Assembly: GCA_951406725.2 (NCBI GenBank)
Contig: OX597817.1
Location: 139,376,001-139,440,000, forward strand
Length of the DNA stretch: 64,000 nucleotides
Direction: 5' to 3'
Origin: Octopus vulgaris
Lineage: Eukaryota
Of this stretch, positions 63,245-64,000 are shown in pieces. A program made the translations under genes and the position numbers. The notes under the pieces are model-generated. The model saw only the letters and a program-made list of their open reading frames with translations, did no database searches and was not told the origin of the DNA. The first letter of the stretch is position 1; each line of letters begins with the position of its first letter.

Positions 63245-64000
63245 GCAAGTAGATTTGGACGATTCCAAAACGGATTAAATTGAGATTCTACCAATTTATT
63301 GATTAATAATTCTTGATTCTGAAATATTTACAAACTCGACTGATTGATTGGTTGTTGTTGCTTAGTTCAAAAGTCATCTCTGATCTTACACATAATCAAA
63401 GGCATTCTGGCTATGACCATCGCATCTCTGTTCTGTAAAAGTGTATCTAGGAATATATTAGATATGTGTCCTTCCATTCATTTTTAGAGACAGTAAGATA
63501 TAATTTTAAGGAGGTTTGGCTGCTCTTTCTAGCACATTGAATAGCCCTGTAAATATTCCCTATCAAGTTTGCTTCTTGCAGGTTCTATTTCTCAGAGACA
63601 AGTCTATCGTTTTCTAATCTTTATTACTAATTGCCATTATAGTTGCGACCACAATATAAGTTATTTTTATTTACCTATTTCTCAATGCTTCTCCATTGAC
63701 ATTCTAAATGTAGACAAAGTTCCTTTCTCCCTTGTATAATTAAAACATTAAATTTGAATGGTGGAAAGTCAGAAGGTTATTTTAGTGTAAATCTTATCAC
63801 ATCTGTCTGGGTTACAGAAGATGTGATTCAGGTCCCACAGGTAGCTTTTCACCTTTTTTACATTCAAGGAACTTTAACCTTAAATGCAATATAAGTTATT
63901 ATCTGTAGCTCATTGTGCTTCAAGAGACACTTGTTGTGTCACTTGTATTTTATCACCAATGTCCAGTCTTTAGTCTGTCTAACATCACTCTGCTTCTAAA

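Noticed and set aside
63570-63620. Acceptor-like TTCTTGCAG as APEH exon 10
   Set aside because: Phase-0 reading (VLFLRDKSIVF*) stops quickly with no APEH similarity; exon 10 is probably beyond the window.

Overview
AT-rich eukaryotic DNA, dense in repeats and microsatellites. The SINE and RTE-LINE content looks like an octopod cephalopod (Octopus-like); this is an inference from repeat types I recall, not a database result. The window holds the 5' part of one + strand gene encoding acylamino-acid-releasing enzyme / acylpeptide hydrolase (APEH, peptidase family S9C). I reconstructed nine phase-compatible exons (2684-63244, 1014 nt, 338 codons) covering the N-terminal beta-propeller; the catalytic domain lies beyond the window. 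Intron 1 is about 33 kb. Introns contain tRNA-derived SINEs, RTE/BovB/CR1-type LINE fragments, five decayed Tc1/mariner copies, a Helitron, hAT and piggyBac-type MITEs and two minisatellites. Most supplied ORFs are repeat artefacts. Most notable: (1) a ~300-bp tRNA-head/(AAT)n element carrying a minimal Penelope-type hammerhead ribozyme (3 copies, one head-to-head pair); (2) a second family with the same hammerhead architecture but an A6-variant core; (3) a U6 snRNA 3'-end fused to an RTE 3' UTR; (4) an APEH exon junction that regenerates its own 5' splice site, plus a probable GC donor; (5) palindromised Helitron 3' ends.
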